A stretch of DNA of 64,000 bases, from the NCBI GenBank assembly GCA_033442325.1, contig JAWQFM010000003.1:1718226-1782225 (forward strand), read 5' to 3'. The number at the start of each line of letters is the position of its first letter. The stretch's first letter is position 1. Of this stretch, positions 13,419 through 32,086 are shown one piece after another. A program made the position numbers and the translations under genes. This stretch comes from Salpingoeca rosetta (taxonomy: Eukaryota > Protista > Choanoflagellata). Below the pieces are notes generated by a model. It saw only the letters and a list, made by a program, of their open reading frames with translations. It was not told the origin of the DNA and did not search any database.

Positions 13419-15079
13419 CACACATGTATGCATGAGCATGGCAAGTGCAATGACACGGAGCTTGGCAGACAAGTAAGTAGAATGGGCACATATGCAGCAT
13501 TGTGGCAAAGGGATGCGCACCAGAACCATGCCTCCAAGTCTGCCTCGTCAATGTCTTTGCAACGCTCGTCTTCACGGATTCGCCGCTGAGCACGCCAAAG
13601 GAATGGCGGCAGTGCAGGTGACAGGCAATGAGTGAGACCAGTGTCAAAATGGAAGCATGGAAAAGGAGACAGGCTGTCACCAAACCCACCCACACACCCA
13701 TCATCATCATCATCATCATCTCACAGAGTTGCATACCCTGAGGGCGCGGAACGAATCGCGGCGGGTGACGCGAAGATCCTCGTATGCAGCAAAGGCCGCC
13801 TTCCTGCAGGAGCGTGCCAGTAATGGATGGTGTGATGAACAGTGAGGACACGGTGTCACATACAATCGTTGGTGGCAGTGTTGTTGGCATTCCCGCATCA
13901 GACAGCGGCAAGCCACAGCTGCAGTGTAGCCACACGTACTTGTTGGTTTCGCGCTGTTTTGCCTTTGTTCGGTCCTTCTCATGCAATTCCTCCACGTATT
14001 CCCGAAACGCAGCCTCCCGTTCCTTCTCCTTGCCAATTGCCTGCAGGCACGAGTGCGTGCATGTGCGTGCGTGTGCGTGTGCATATGAGTCACACATGAG
14101 CATGTGGGTACAAATCATGGTTGATACGATGGCGGCCTCGAATGATCACAGGCAATGTGCACACGTGACGATGCGGAGAGCACAGCCACTGTCTTACTGT
14201 ACCTTGAAGCGTGAATCTTCTTGCCACCTGGTCTTGAACTGGGAGGAGGCGATAGCAGTTACAGACAGACAGACAGACACACAGATGCAGACACAGACAG
14301 ACAGACACAGACACAGACACAAAAATACATGTGTGAGGTGTGTTGTATGTGACACCAGGCAAGACACACGAAAATAAGAACGAGCAACCAAACGCAAGCT
14401 CTATCAACGTACCGAGATCCACGTTGTCTTCTCGTCCACGTTTGCTTCCTCCATCAGCTCTCGGAACGCTTTCTTCGTCTGCGCATGCATGCAGGCAAGA
14501 AACACAGCAAAGCCACGTGAGAATGCACCAAGCAGCGTAACGCAAGCCAACGCGACGCAACCCAAGGGTGGAGTTGATGGCTGTGGACTTCTCATTGCTC
14601 TGTGTGCGTGTGTGCGTGCGTGTGTGTGTGTGTGTGCGTGTGGCAGCGCCAGTTACCTCTGCTGCTTTCGACATGACGGCTGACTTCTCCTCCTCCAACT
14701 TGCTGCTTTGATACCTGCGAGCGCACGCGCAGTAGAGCAAGATGAGGGGCTGGTGTCAGGCCATGCTGTGATGTCGCTGCCAACATGTGTCAAGAACAAG
14801 AACGGGCAAAAGTACAAGAACGAGAGCAAGAACAGCCGCATCCCACGGCACTGACACGTGTGTGCACTGCACTGACTTGTTGAAGGCGGACTTTGCCTGC
14901 TTCTCTGTGAGCGCCTTGAAGGATGGCTCATCCTCAACCTCCATGCGGATTGTGTCCCACAGCGCAAACGCAGACACGTTTCGCGCCGCCAGCACCTTCT
15001 TGAACTGCACACAGCCGCCATGAAACGAAGAAGCGAAACGCAAAACGGAAAGGAGGGTTAGTTACATTACAGACACACG

Positions 15080-15145
<66 letters not shown>

Positions 15146-16559
15146 ACTTGCTCAGTGACATGCGACAGCCTCGCTCTTCCGCCAACAGCACCTCATTCTG
15201 TTTGTCAGCAAGGGAAGGGCCCTTTGGCTTCGCAGGCTGCTGCTGCTGGTGGTGGTGGTGGTGGTAGTGAAGGTGGGGTGGTGGCCGGAACGCGTGCGGG
15301 TGCGGCGGGTACGGTGGGCGGTGATGTGGAGGAGGCGGACGGTGATGGTGGTGGTGGTGATGATGGTGCGGTGGTGGTGGTGGTCGTGCGTGTGGCGGTG
15401 CACCTGGTCGCCATCCTGGCTGATACGGCGGCGGGGCGCCATGCGGTGGTGGTGGTGGTGCTGGTGGCATTGGGGGCCGGGGTGGCAGGTTTGGCTGCTG
15501 CTGCATGTGCTGCTGCATTTGCTGCTGCATTTGCTGCTGCTGTTGGAGGTGTGGTGGTGGAGGCATGGGTGGGCGTGGTGGCATGTGCTGCATCATGTGC
15601 GGTGGTGGTGGTGGCGGGGGTGCCTGTTGTGGTGTTGCGAGCTGGTGCGGTTGTTGAGTGCTCGGCCCAGTGGGCAGGAGCGCTGGGTTTGGCAGCAGTC
15701 CCGTGTGCCCATCGTCCTGCTTTGCTTTCTTTGCTGCAGGCTCCTCTGCAACAGCAACCTTTGGAAGGGGGGGGGGGGGTGAGCGCATGTGTTTCGTGGG
15801 AGGGAGGGTAATATTCGTGAGTGCGCGCGCGCGCGGGGAAAGTGGGCGTCGTACGTACACGTGCGTGTGAGCCAAGATAAGAGGCGGCGACAAGCACCAG
15901 CCCCTGATACTCCATCCCTCCACCCCTGGATTCAAACTCAAACAGGACACCCTGTATACCTCCTCGAGCTGTGGAATGGCCTCTGCCTTCAGCTCATCTG
16001 GAAGTGTGTACGCAGACTTCTTCGTCGCCTGTACGCGGTCAAGTGCATTGTCAGTGGAGCGGCAGAGCAGCGAAGCGTGTGATTGCCGCAGACAATGACA
16101 GGGAAACACTGTGCGGTGTTCAGTGATTCATATGTGTTTACATCAGTGACCGACCTTGTTGAAGTAGAACAGGGAGTTATCGCTGGCGCGAACGACGAAC
16201 CACTTTGTCTTGCCAATGCGCTTGCTGCCACGTGTGTGCATGTGTGTGTATGTTTGTTTGTGCGTTAGCGGCAGCGAGGACCCAGCATTGCAAGCAAGCA
16301 CCTGTGTAGCGTGACAGCAGCAGACATGTAGAGACAAGACGTTCACGGAGAAAGCGGGGAGGGGGAGGGATGGGCGCTGGGACATGGCATGCGCAGTGGG
16401 TGCAACAACCAACTCACCGAGCAACCGCTTTCTGGGGGGGGGACGAACAGCATGCATGGCGGTGACGTGCGCGCGTGTGTGAGTGTATGTGTGTGTGTGT
16501 GAGTGTGTGAGTGAGTGTGAGTGAGTGAGTGAGTGTGTGAGAGAGCGAGAGAGTGTGTG

Positions 16560-16641
<82 letters not shown>

Positions 16642-17190
16642 TGAGTGAGTGAGTGAGTGAATGAGTGAGTGAGAGAGGGTTGAGTGTGTGTGTGTGTGTG
16701 TGCATGTGGGTGCGTTGACGGCAGGAATGTCCCAGATGGGACAAGTACAGCAGCAAGAGGAAGTACAACAGGGCCAAGCGCAACAGTGCATCCAACGCAT
16801 GTGCTGCGTGCGTGTGAAGCGAACTGACCTTGGATGCAGCAGCAGCAGGAGCTGGAGCGGTAGGCGTTGCTATGGGGGCTTGATGCGGCTGGGCTGTTGG
16901 GCGCGTGTACGAGCTTTCGCGTGTCTTGGTGTTGAAGTAGTACACCTGTCCATCCGGCGTCACTTGCTGCTTCCACCCTGGTGGAAGGGGCGCCTCTCCT
17001 CCTGCTGCTCGCAGTGGGTGTTGGAAGGGGAGGTGCAGCATGACAAGGTGAGTGCACATGGTCCAGGCAGGGAGAGAGAGAGGAAGGGAGCCAGCGAAGT
17101 CGATACACACACACACACACACACACACAACCACTGAACAACACCTTCCATCTTTGCCAGTTGCGCCGCTTCTGTTTTTGCTGCTGCCAT
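11048..17190 (-). CDS. TCERG1: Transcription elongation regulator 1 (CA150; WW and FF domains), about 20 exons
   Basis: WW LPPGWKQQVTPDGQVYYFNTKTRESSYTRP; KRIGKTKWFVV...FYFN; Pro/Gln/His-rich exon; FF repeats (NVSAFALWD, AFRELMEE, KEREAAFREY, DFKALLRETK/ITHKS); last exon RRGTPPPPTASNP...AL-stop. Confidence 0.93.
11125..11459. repeat. About 330-bp (TGAG)n microsatellite in the last TCERG1 intron
   Basis: Read directly; it abuts the 3' splice site. Confidence 0.95.
12907..13068. repeat. (AAC)n/(GAC)n trinucleotide tract in a TCERG1 intron
   Basis: Read directly from the sequence. Confidence 0.9.
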
Positions 17191-17255
17191 TCGTTCATTC
17201 GTTTGTTCGTTGTTGTTTGTTGTTTGAACTGCGACTGCAAACAACACAGAGGACG
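17191..17255. promoter_or_regulatory. Putative bidirectional promoter, TCERG1 / C6orf136-like
   Basis: Only 65 bp separate the inferred divergent start codons. Confidence 0.6.
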
Positions 17256-17539
17256 ATGCGGACGTCGCTTGCGAGGTGGTGGGGCTTGCGGTTGGTGCAG
17301 CAGGCTGTGCCGCCAAAGCCTTCACACATGGGCATGTCTGGCGACCACGGGCAAGGGAACGATGAGCGACTCAACTTGGTCAAGTACCACTTGAGAAGAG
17401 AGCTGCCCGTCATTCACCAAGCAACACCGACAGACACGCTGGCGCTGTGCCACCCAAATGTCATCTTCAGAGACAACATCCACGGCATCACCCTGCAAGG
17501 GAAGCGAACGCTACAGGTCTGTACAGGGTGCGTGCGTGC

Positions 17540-17623
<84 letters not shown>

Positions 17624-17624
17624 T

Positions 17625-17693
<69 letters not shown>

Positions 17694-18550
17694 TTGCAAC
17701 CTTGTGTGTGAGAACCGGTCAGCTGACGGACTGGCGGGCCGAGGAGCGAAGTGCGTGCTTGCGTGTTGTCGCGCGAGTAGCTCACGACCATGCCTCGTGT
17801 TTTGTGACTGGCTGACGCCTTTGCAGCTGTCCCTGATGGCGTTCCGACAATCGCTGCCACTGCTGGTGAGCCAGCCAAGCTGCCAGGTGCTGTGGCTGGA
17901 CCGGCGCGCCTCGCAGCAGCTGCATGCGCGCTGGCGCATCGTTGGCTTCTCCCGCACCTCTCTCACTGGACAGGTTGGTGTGCATGCGTGCATTACGACT
18001 GGGTGGTCTGCAGTGACCCAAAGAAGTGCCAGTGTTGATTCAACGTCTTGTACCTGGGCTGAGACGATGTCATGTTACTCCGAGCAGAGAAGTCGCTGCT
18101 TCTCCTATCGTGTGCCACCACGCGTCCGATGCTTCCCCACATCCCACACCCACACCCACGCGCGCACACACGCACGTACACACTTCGTTTGAGGTTGTGT
18201 ATTGGTCCCTAACTGATCCACGCAAGCAGCAAGCCTCTCGTATCCCAGACCACTGACTGAAAAACACATGCAACCAGGCAGCAGCAACAAGACTTAACTC
18301 ACACCAACTCACATCCCACACACCACACACCGTCTTGCTCATCCGTCATCTCCCCATCTCCTTCATCTATTGCACGGTCGGCACTCGTCGTAACCGTCTG
18401 CGGCAGATCTGGCTGGACGCCTACACGGTGTTCCACGTGAAGAACACGGGCCTCATTGAGAAGATTGAGCTTGATAACGTCATGCCCCGCAAGTCTGAGG
18501 ATAAGGAGCGGGCACGCCACTGGCCCTTTGCTTACAGCTCGTCCGCATGA
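17256..18550 (+). CDS. C6orf136/DUF2358-like protein (NTF2-like fold; probable mitochondrial presequence), 3 exons
   Basis: Exons MRTSLARWWGLRL...HLRRELP...HPNVIFRDNI; LHARWRIVG; WLDAYTVFHVKNTGLIEKIELDNVMP...SSSA-stop match the recalled family pattern. Confidence 0.8.
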
Positions 18551-19863
18551 CGCCCGCGCTCAGGCTGCTCTTGCTGTTGCGTTCGCTCTGCTTGCTCTTG
18601 CCTGTCATTATTTGCTGTGCCATATTTGCCCTTGCTATCCGCATCCTCCCCACCCGTGCCACCTGCGCCCCCAGCGCCCGCGAGCGTGTGGCCGCGTCGC
18701 GTCGTCGTCATCATTGACAGCGGCGTTGTGCCGTCACCAAATGCCAGTGCCCCGTTGGGCTGCAGCGCAAACAGCACATCCTCCTCGCGCTCGTACACCC
18801 TGTGCATCGTGGTGCACTCGGAAGTGAGCGAGCGTGTGCACATCGCATGCATTGGATTGCATGCGTGGCACCACATTGCACCCCCGTTGATACTTGCACA
18901 CATACGCCTGCTGCATCCCCCCCTCTCTCTCCGTCCTGCACCATAAACTGGGTCTCCCTACCACCACGGCACCTTGGTGTTGTCGGCGTGTTGGCGAGCG
19001 GTGTCCATATCTGCCACGACCGCAGAAGCGTGTCCAACTCCACAAACTTGGTCCTGGGTTTGTGCATGTGAATGAGTGAGCGAGCGAGTGAGCGTTCGTG
19101 CGTGTGTGCATGCGAGTGAGTGAGTGTGCGTGCGTGTGTGCATGCGAGTGAGTGAGTGTGCGTGCGTGACTGCTGACCTGTCCCCGACAACGAGGGCGTG
19201 CATGAGTTCCGTGTACGGCGACAGCGATCCGACGTCCTCGCCTGAACCGGCAGCAATATCCACGCGCAATGATAGAGAGAGAGTGTGTGTGCGGGGATGG
19301 GGGATGGCGTGGGTGAGGAACACACGAGGAAGAGCACGCGGAAATGCAGAAATGCAGGCACACACACACAGACAGACAGACACAGACACAGACACAGAGG
19401 CACACACACACACACACACAGGTACACACACACACACACCACACAGGCACACACACACACAGACACACAGGCACACACACGGGCAACTAACGACCCTACA
19501 TAGGCTTCACAGAGTAGATCGTGCGTGTGTGCATGCGAGTGAGTGAGTGTGCGTGCGTGACTGCTGACCTGTCCCCGACAACGAGGGCGTGCATGAGTTC
19601 CGTGTACGGCGACAGCGATCCGACGTCCTCGCCTGAACCGGCAGCAATATCCACGCGCAATGATAGAGAGAGAGTGTGTGTGCGGGGATGGGGGATGGCG
19701 TGGGTGAGGAACACACGAGGAAGAGCACGCGGAAATGCAGAAATGCAGGCACACACACACAGACAGACAGACACAGACACAGACACAGAGGCACACACAC
19801 ACACACACACAGGTACACACACACACACACCCACACAGGCACACACACACACAGACACACAGG

Positions 19864-19897
<34 letters not shown>

Positions 19898-21128
19898 CAC
19901 ACACACCACCACACACACACACACACACAGAGTCAAAGGCAGCCGACCTGGGCAGAGGGCAATGTGTGCGGTTGTGTTGTGCTCAACGGACCATCCATCC
20001 GGGACCACCAGTTCAGGAAAGTTGCCCCAGAACGTGATGCATGGCGGCTTGTTGTGGCCCTGGATGTGATACTCAATCTGGTGCACGCCACACCCCTCTG
20101 TCGTGCACACCATGCTGGTGTCTTGCTTGAACCGCACACGCGCAAATGCAACGCGTTCACTCAACCGCTTCCCAGCAACCATCACAAACGGCGTGCCCTA
20201 GTGTATGGCATGTGCGTGGTGCGTGTGCGTGTGTGCGTGTGCATGACGTGTGTGTATGACAGGTGAGCATGGCATTCAAATATCGCCTGATCTGAGGCAG
20301 CCCCACATTTACACCCCCCCCTTTCAAATGGCTACCATCACCACAATCGCACCTCCCATCGCGGCGTGTCGATGAAAAGTGTGACGCCAGCGAACGTTGG
20401 CGTCTTTGTGTCAACCTCCTCCCCTGCAATGACGCAACCACCCACCCACGTGATGCAAGCGTGCAAGTGGTCAGCTTTAGAGACGTGTGTGTGTGTGTGT
20501 TGTGTGTGTGTGTTGTGTGTGGTTGCCACCATTTCAACAGCAATAAGAACAACAACAACAACAGCTCCCAGACCGTGGTCGTGTGCGACGTGTGTACGGT
20601 ACCCCGCGTATTGGCCGAGCACGGCGCGCGACGGAGCAGCCGGCAGCATCTGCATTGCCGATGAAGAACAAAAAGGGGATGATTGTGGAATGCGTGAGTA
20701 CATGTGTGTGTGTGTGTGTGTTTGTGAATATTGAATGGGGCCAAAAGTCCCTTACCTCCACATTCACCACCACCACGACCACCACGACTTCCTTCGTACC
20801 GCGGAGAGGATGGGCATCTTGGATGAGAATGAGACGGGGACACCAGGATCCATGGCGAGCAGCAGCAGCACCTCTGTCAGGTGGTTCTGCATCACGTCGC
20901 GAACAATCCCGTACGCGTCAAAGAACCGCGTGCGTCCGCTGTGCACAGGGCGCAACACGCAGCGTAAGATCGATGCGTTCGGGAAGAAGGGGGAGGGGGT
21001 CATGGCCGGTACACGTGACACGAGCAGGGATGGGGACACAGGCAGGCAGGCAGTCAGACAGATAGGGAGATTGGCAAACAGACAAACAGACAAACAAGAC
21101 AGACAAACAGGACAAACAAGCAAACAAG

Positions 21129-21218
<90 letters not shown>

Positions 21219-22991
21219 CAGACAGACAAGCAAACAAGACAGACAAATAGGCAGACAAACAAGACACACATATAGGCAGACAAACAAGACACACATATAC
21301 CTGCAGTCCTCTGTTTCCTTCATGACAATCTCGACTCGCTCCACGTGCTTGCGCCGCAGATATGTGCTGACAAAGCGGCGATTTGCGCGGGCGAATTCAG
21401 CAATCTGCAGCACGCCGCGCTTGCCAAGATAGTGGTCGACAAGCATCGTCTCCGCCGGCTTGAGGGATGTGCGGAGGGCGGCTTGCAGTTCCCGCGCTGA
21501 GTGGAAGTCGCGCCCAAACGGTTTTTCGAGCGCTACGCGCAGTGGCGTGGCGTGGCCGGGCCTGGAGTGGCGGGGCGAAGGGGGGGGGGGGGTTGCACAA
21601 CGACGACAGCATGATGAGCGGACGCGCGCGGGATGGCGCGTTGGTGCTGGTGTGCTGAGTGTGCGTGACAAGCTTGCACACATGGAGTCGGTGTCAGTAA
21701 GCCAGCGAGAAAAGGAGAAACACAGACAGACGAGGGACAAAGTCACCGATAGAGGAAGACATAGAACGCATGGCGGTGTGCGGACCTGCAAGACTGGTCG
21801 ATCCAGTGTGCGATGGTCGGATACGCGGACGGCGGCACAGATAAGTAGAACACGCGCGCAGCCTCGGTCTCGCCTGAAGCACACGTGTGCATGTCAATGA
21901 TACACACAGGGCGTCAACAACACAAACGCGCGCGTTGCATGAGGGGCTTGGGAAGGAAACAGCGAACGCACAGCAGATTACAGGGACAGCAAAACTGCAC
22001 GCTGTTTGTGCTTACCATGCTTGGCAATGGCGTCGTGCAAGGCCGCATAATCTGCACGAATCCAAGGGACCCAGTTAGCAACAGGACAGTAGCACATGAG
22101 AAGCAGCTGTGACTCATTCAATGACACACTCACTCACACAGTCACCCACGTTCACTGACACAATCATCCTCTTCTACTCACACACTCGCCCACCAACGCA
22201 ACTATCCACCTCACAAGCAAGAATGAGAGCAGGGAGAAGCAGGTATTATCATGGGCACGCACGTTCTTCTGTCTTGAGCTGGATATATTGGACGTGCTCT
22301 GCAAACGCGTGGCGCAGCTGATCACACTCCGTAGTCAGCAATGTGTCACCGTGGCGGCCGCGGCATTTCACGGCCGCCAGCGCTTGCTGGATTGTGGGCC
22401 AGCTCTTGTCTTTGGTGTGCCGTGCACCGGCGTACACGCGCAGCTGCGGATCGTCCCTTCCCTGACCCAAGAACACATCAAACAGCGACTGGAACAGGTA
22501 CTTTTTCGCCTTCAGGGTGGTGCGAGAGAGGTGCGACCCCGAGGTGCACGCAGGATGTCAGAATTGAAGTGTCACGCTTGTCACAGATGCACAGCAGTGC
22601 AGTAGTCCAGTTGCGCAGTGGCACAGGTGGCACACAGATCCACTCCGTATCAAGCACACACAAACACACACGCACATACACCATCACAACCAGCTTCATA
22701 ACCACCATCATCATTATATCCGCTTCATCAAAATGCAGCGTGATCTGATATGTGACACACGCAATGATGAAAGTTCATGCCACTCACCAGGTTGCCGGTG
22801 GCGCCAACAAGCACGAACGAGACCGTGCCAGGGTCCTGCTGCTGCTTCGAGGCCGCTGCAGCATCGCTGAAAGTGACCGTCGGTGTTGTCCCCAACAGCA
22901 ACAGCACCAGCACCAACAACGGCAGCAGCGCTGTCGTTCGTCTTGCGCCAACAATACGTGTTGCGCCGCACCAGTCCATCGTTCCGCTCAT
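18532..22991 (-). CDS. H6PD: Secretory-pathway hexose-6-phosphate dehydrogenase (H6PD-type G6PD domain only), with signal peptide and C-terminal HADEL
   Basis: Signal LLPLLVLVLLLLG; FVLVGATGNL/AKKYLFQ; RVFYLSVPP; LRVALEKPFGRD; VDHYLGK; GRTRFFDAYGIVRDVMQNHLTE; LGQYAGY; TPTFAG; PFVMVAGKRL; ends RHADEL-TAA. Alternative start at 22979. Confidence 0.92.
19130..19872. repeat. 391-bp tandem duplication containing an H6PD exon and flanking intron sequence
   Basis: 19130-~19480 matches 19521-~19872; exon copies at 19178-19241 and 19569-19632 read identically. Confidence 0.95.
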
Positions 22992-23348
22992 CTCACTTCC
23001 ACTCAAATCAGCAACAACGTCCACCACAGGCACTGCAGAAAATTATGAACATCGTCTGCATTTTTCAGCAACCACAGCTTCAAGCAAGCAAGCAAGCAAG
23101 TCAAGCAGGACAACTGGCTGACTGACTGTGTGCTGGTGGTGTGGCTGTGTTTGTGTTTGTGTGTTTGTGTGTTTGTGTGTTTGTGTGTTTGCGTGTGTGT
23201 TTGTGTGTGTGTGTCAGCGGAGGAAGAAGCTGGGCGAGTGGCAGTGCTGTGCTGTGCTTGTAGTGGCAGCACAACAAGGGAAGGGCGAAGCTGTGCCTCT
23301 TGAAGTCCAGCTGGGTTCACTTTTGCGTGAACTCGCTTTCACGGTAGC

Positions 23349-28276
<4,928 letters not shown>

Positions 28277-28495
28277 TGGACGAATGAACAATGTACTTGG
28301 CTGTGGTGGTGGTGATCATGAAGATGATGGACGTGTGGATGAATGCGCGTGCTTGCCATGCGTTTGGTGGTGGTGTGTTCTTTGTTGTTACCCGGACCAT
28401 CACTCTCACGCACTGGTGTGCTGGAGTTATAATTGAACTTTTCGCCTTTGGACGGAGGAACAACTGCTCTTCACTTGGTGAGAACGACAAACGAC

Positions 28496-28550
<55 letters not shown>

Positions 28551-28645
28551 AACAAAGCGCATGAAGGAGCGAACAAGGGAGTAAAGTGGCATGTGCTGTG
28601 GGTTCTACTTGCTGCTGCTGGCGGTGGCGATGGTGGCAGTGGTGC

Positions 28646-31600
28646 TCACGCCTGCGCGGTTGCATCGCCAGTGCCAATGAGCATCTCATCATCGCTGTCC
28701 ATCAAGTCGTCGTTGATGTTCGTGTTGGTGAGCTGGCTGAAGCTGACGGTGGACCGGCTACGGAAGCACGGCACGTACCCGCTCACCCTGCACGCAGCAG
28801 ACATGGTGGTGTGAAGGTGAGGTGGTTGGCAGTGAGACGCCGAATGGAAAGGATGACGGGAATGGGAGAAGGAGAGCGGGCGAAGGGCAGGGAGAAGGGG
28901 CAGGATACGCACACACGTGTGAGCTGGGGATGGCGTGTCAGTCAAAGCGCAAGTGAGGCAAGGGCATCACGCATGCAGTGGCATGAGCACATAAGCACGA
29001 GCCGCACCTCTCGCGAAGGGAAGGCGACTTGTACAGGATGACGGTGATGAAGATGACGAGGAACGCAATCACGACAACCACACTGACAACGGCCATGCTC
29101 GTGTCGGCACCAGGGTTCGACTGCACATCACACACGAGCACACAAACGAAGCGGAACGGGGCAAAACGAGATGGGATGAGCATTTATGGCGGAAACAGCC
29201 ATTCGTGTGACCCACACACACACACACACACCCACACACACACACCCACACACACACACACGCATGCACACGTGATGGGAGCAGGAACACAGTGTGTGCG
29301 TGTGTGCGATCATGCGTGGGGGCAAGGAGCAACAGGAAGCGGTGAACAATGAAACGTACGCATTCCACGGAAGTTGTCTGCTGGTACGTCTCCTCTTCGC
29401 CGCCACTGCACACGTCGCCCACGACTTTGGCGTAGTTGCGCACATCCTCAAACTCCTTGCGGCCCTGAGGGATTGACAGATGCATGTACACGTGTGTTGG
29501 TGTGTTGGCGGTGGTGAGAGGGGGCGAGGTCTTGCTGGGGTACCACATCAAGAGCATTGCATCAGGCGTGTCCGAGTAATTGTGACTGTGTCACGACGAA
29601 ATCAGCGCTACCCAGCAGTGAGAGACGACAGAAAGGAGACGAAAGGAGACGAAAAGAAAGGAAAGAGAGAGCGGCTTGCGCAATGGAATCTCCACCACAA
29701 GTGCAGACAGCAAACACACCGAGCATGCAATCTCCTTCTTGTACGCCTTGTCGTATTCGCACGGGCTGGTCGCGGAAAGGTCTGACTTGCGCGTGAATCC
29801 CGGGGCGCTGAAGCGCGAGGAAAGGAGAAGGGCACGGTGTATGTGAGTGTGTATGTGAATGTGTATGTGAGTGGGAATTTGAGTGTGTGTGTATGCGTGT
29901 TCTTGCGTATGCTTGGACGATTGTGAAACGCATGCAAAGAAAAAATGGAGGCTGCTACATGGTCAATTTGAGTAATGTGCGCACAACTCTGTCAGATAAC
30001 ACACGGCTGTGAGTGTGAAAGGCAGACGTGTAGTATGAGCAATGCGATGATATGGGTTCTCCCTCACCAGGCAAAGTCTGCTGCGGTGCACTTGCAGATT
30101 GTTGTTCCCTGGTCCTCCGCTGCCTCGTATTTCGGCTCGTGGTCGAGGCCGTTGAAGCAGCTGGCGGGCAGGGCAAACAAGGAGAAAAGGAAGGGGAAGT
30201 TTGGCAAAGGGGGTATGAGAGGATCAGTGATAAGGCACAGTCGTGGTGATGGTGGAAGGTGTTGTTGGTGTTGTGGCGGCGGTTTGAGGAAATGGGAGAC
30301 ACGGGAGACGCAGAGGTATGGGTTGCTGTCATTGGCAATCACGCATGAACCACGACCACAGCTGGCAAAGCGAACATGTTTGTATGCACACGTACATCCT
30401 GCAAGCGATGCGGCGAAGGAACTTGTGCTGTTGCCCAAGCAGGCAGCGCTGGTCACTGCCGCTGCTGACGGGAACACCCGGTGAGAAGATCTCGTAGTCT
30501 GCGTTGGCGGTGCCAAGATACGCCGTGCTGCCTGTGGTGGGTGGGAACACGTGTCACACACACACACACACATACACACACACAAACACACATACACACA
30601 CACAAACACACACACACACACGTGTCACACACACACATGTGTTGTGGTGTTGTGCGTGAGGAAGCGTGTGAAAAGGTGGTGTTTTTGCGCTTTGAATGCA
30701 ACACAAAGCCGCACAGCTGCCTGATCCCACACCACACTCGCGCCAAACCATCAACATCATCGCCAACAGATGCGTACGCAGCAGGTGCGTACATGGGCGG
30801 CCGAGGAGCGGCTCAAAGTCGACGGCAGCACCCCGCCACTCAATGTCGTAGTAGTACGCATACACGACGAGCGTGCCCCCGCCCGTCTCAGCCGTCATCT
30901 GCAAGATTGCTGTGGGTAACAGGTAGTGGTGGTGCGATGGTGATGTGAGAGGTTGGGGTCTGGTGGGACAGGAAGGGAAGACTCATGCATGCGTGTGCGT
31001 GTGCGTGTGCGTGTGTGTGTGTGGTGGATGCTGGAGGGTGACGCCAAAAAGGACATACTGTCTTCGCGGGCAATCTTCTTCGTCTCCCAGTCCGTGGTGC
31101 CGCGATCAACAGAGTACCTGACCAAGCCATCGCACATGCGTGAGATCACCAAGTGACGTGGCATTGGCAAGAAAGCCACGCCCTACACACAAGTACGTAT
31201 GTGTGCGTGTGCTAGAATGTGCGTACAGGATCGAGTCTGTGGTCTGGAAGTAAGGAACGGCAACAAGCACGCCGCCGTGGTCGAGGATCTGGTACTCGTG
31301 GGGCGTTTCCGCAGCCTGATAACCCGTGCATGCAAGCAAACCAGGATCGAAACGGATGAGGTGAGATGACAACGCAGAACGCTGTGAGCGCATGCACGTG
31401 TGAGCACATGTGTGTGTATGTGTGTGTGAGACAGTCTGCAATTTCATGTGCGTGCGGATGTTTGTATGCGTCTGCGGGGGGGGGGGGTGTACAGACTCAC
31501 GAGGGACCAGGTGAGGCCACCATCGGACGAAAGGTAGAGGTTCGCTTCTGAAGATGCAAAAGTCATGCTCTCCCCGGCAAACCTGGAGGCACGCAAGGGA

Positions 31601-31709
31601 GGCAAGGCGGGGGGGGGGGGGTTACGCATATGCATGTCGTGTTGTGAGCGGCAAGAAGGACCGAACGTAGGCCGAGAGAGATGTATGAGTGGCAAGCTCG
31701 CAAAACATA

Positions 31710-31792
<83 letters not shown>

Positions 31793-32047
31793 TCATTCGT
31801 CTCCTTGTACCCGTTAGCGAGAATGATGCCTGAGGCGGTTGGTGTCGACATGGGGAGTGGGAGATCCATGATGGCACGAGCGGCATCGAGCGCAATGTGC
31901 AGCTGGCACGCGGCCTCATCATCGTCCTCGCACCTGCACAGGCGACAGCCGTTGAGGTGGTGAGCGAGAGCACCATGGCTGTGTCTGGGTGCAGAGTCCA
32001 TTCTACCCTACGCCCTTCCCCTCAGAGCACACACACAAACACACACA

Positions 32048-32086
<39 letters not shown>

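Noticed and set aside
15155-15811. Gly/Ala/Val-rich plus-strand ORF
   Set aside because: It is the reverse complement of the Pro/His/Gln-rich TCERG1 exon.
19130-19872. Duplication as the LTRs of a mobile element
   Set aside because: The repeats are adjacent, contain a host exon, and show no internal element, TIRs or target-site duplication.
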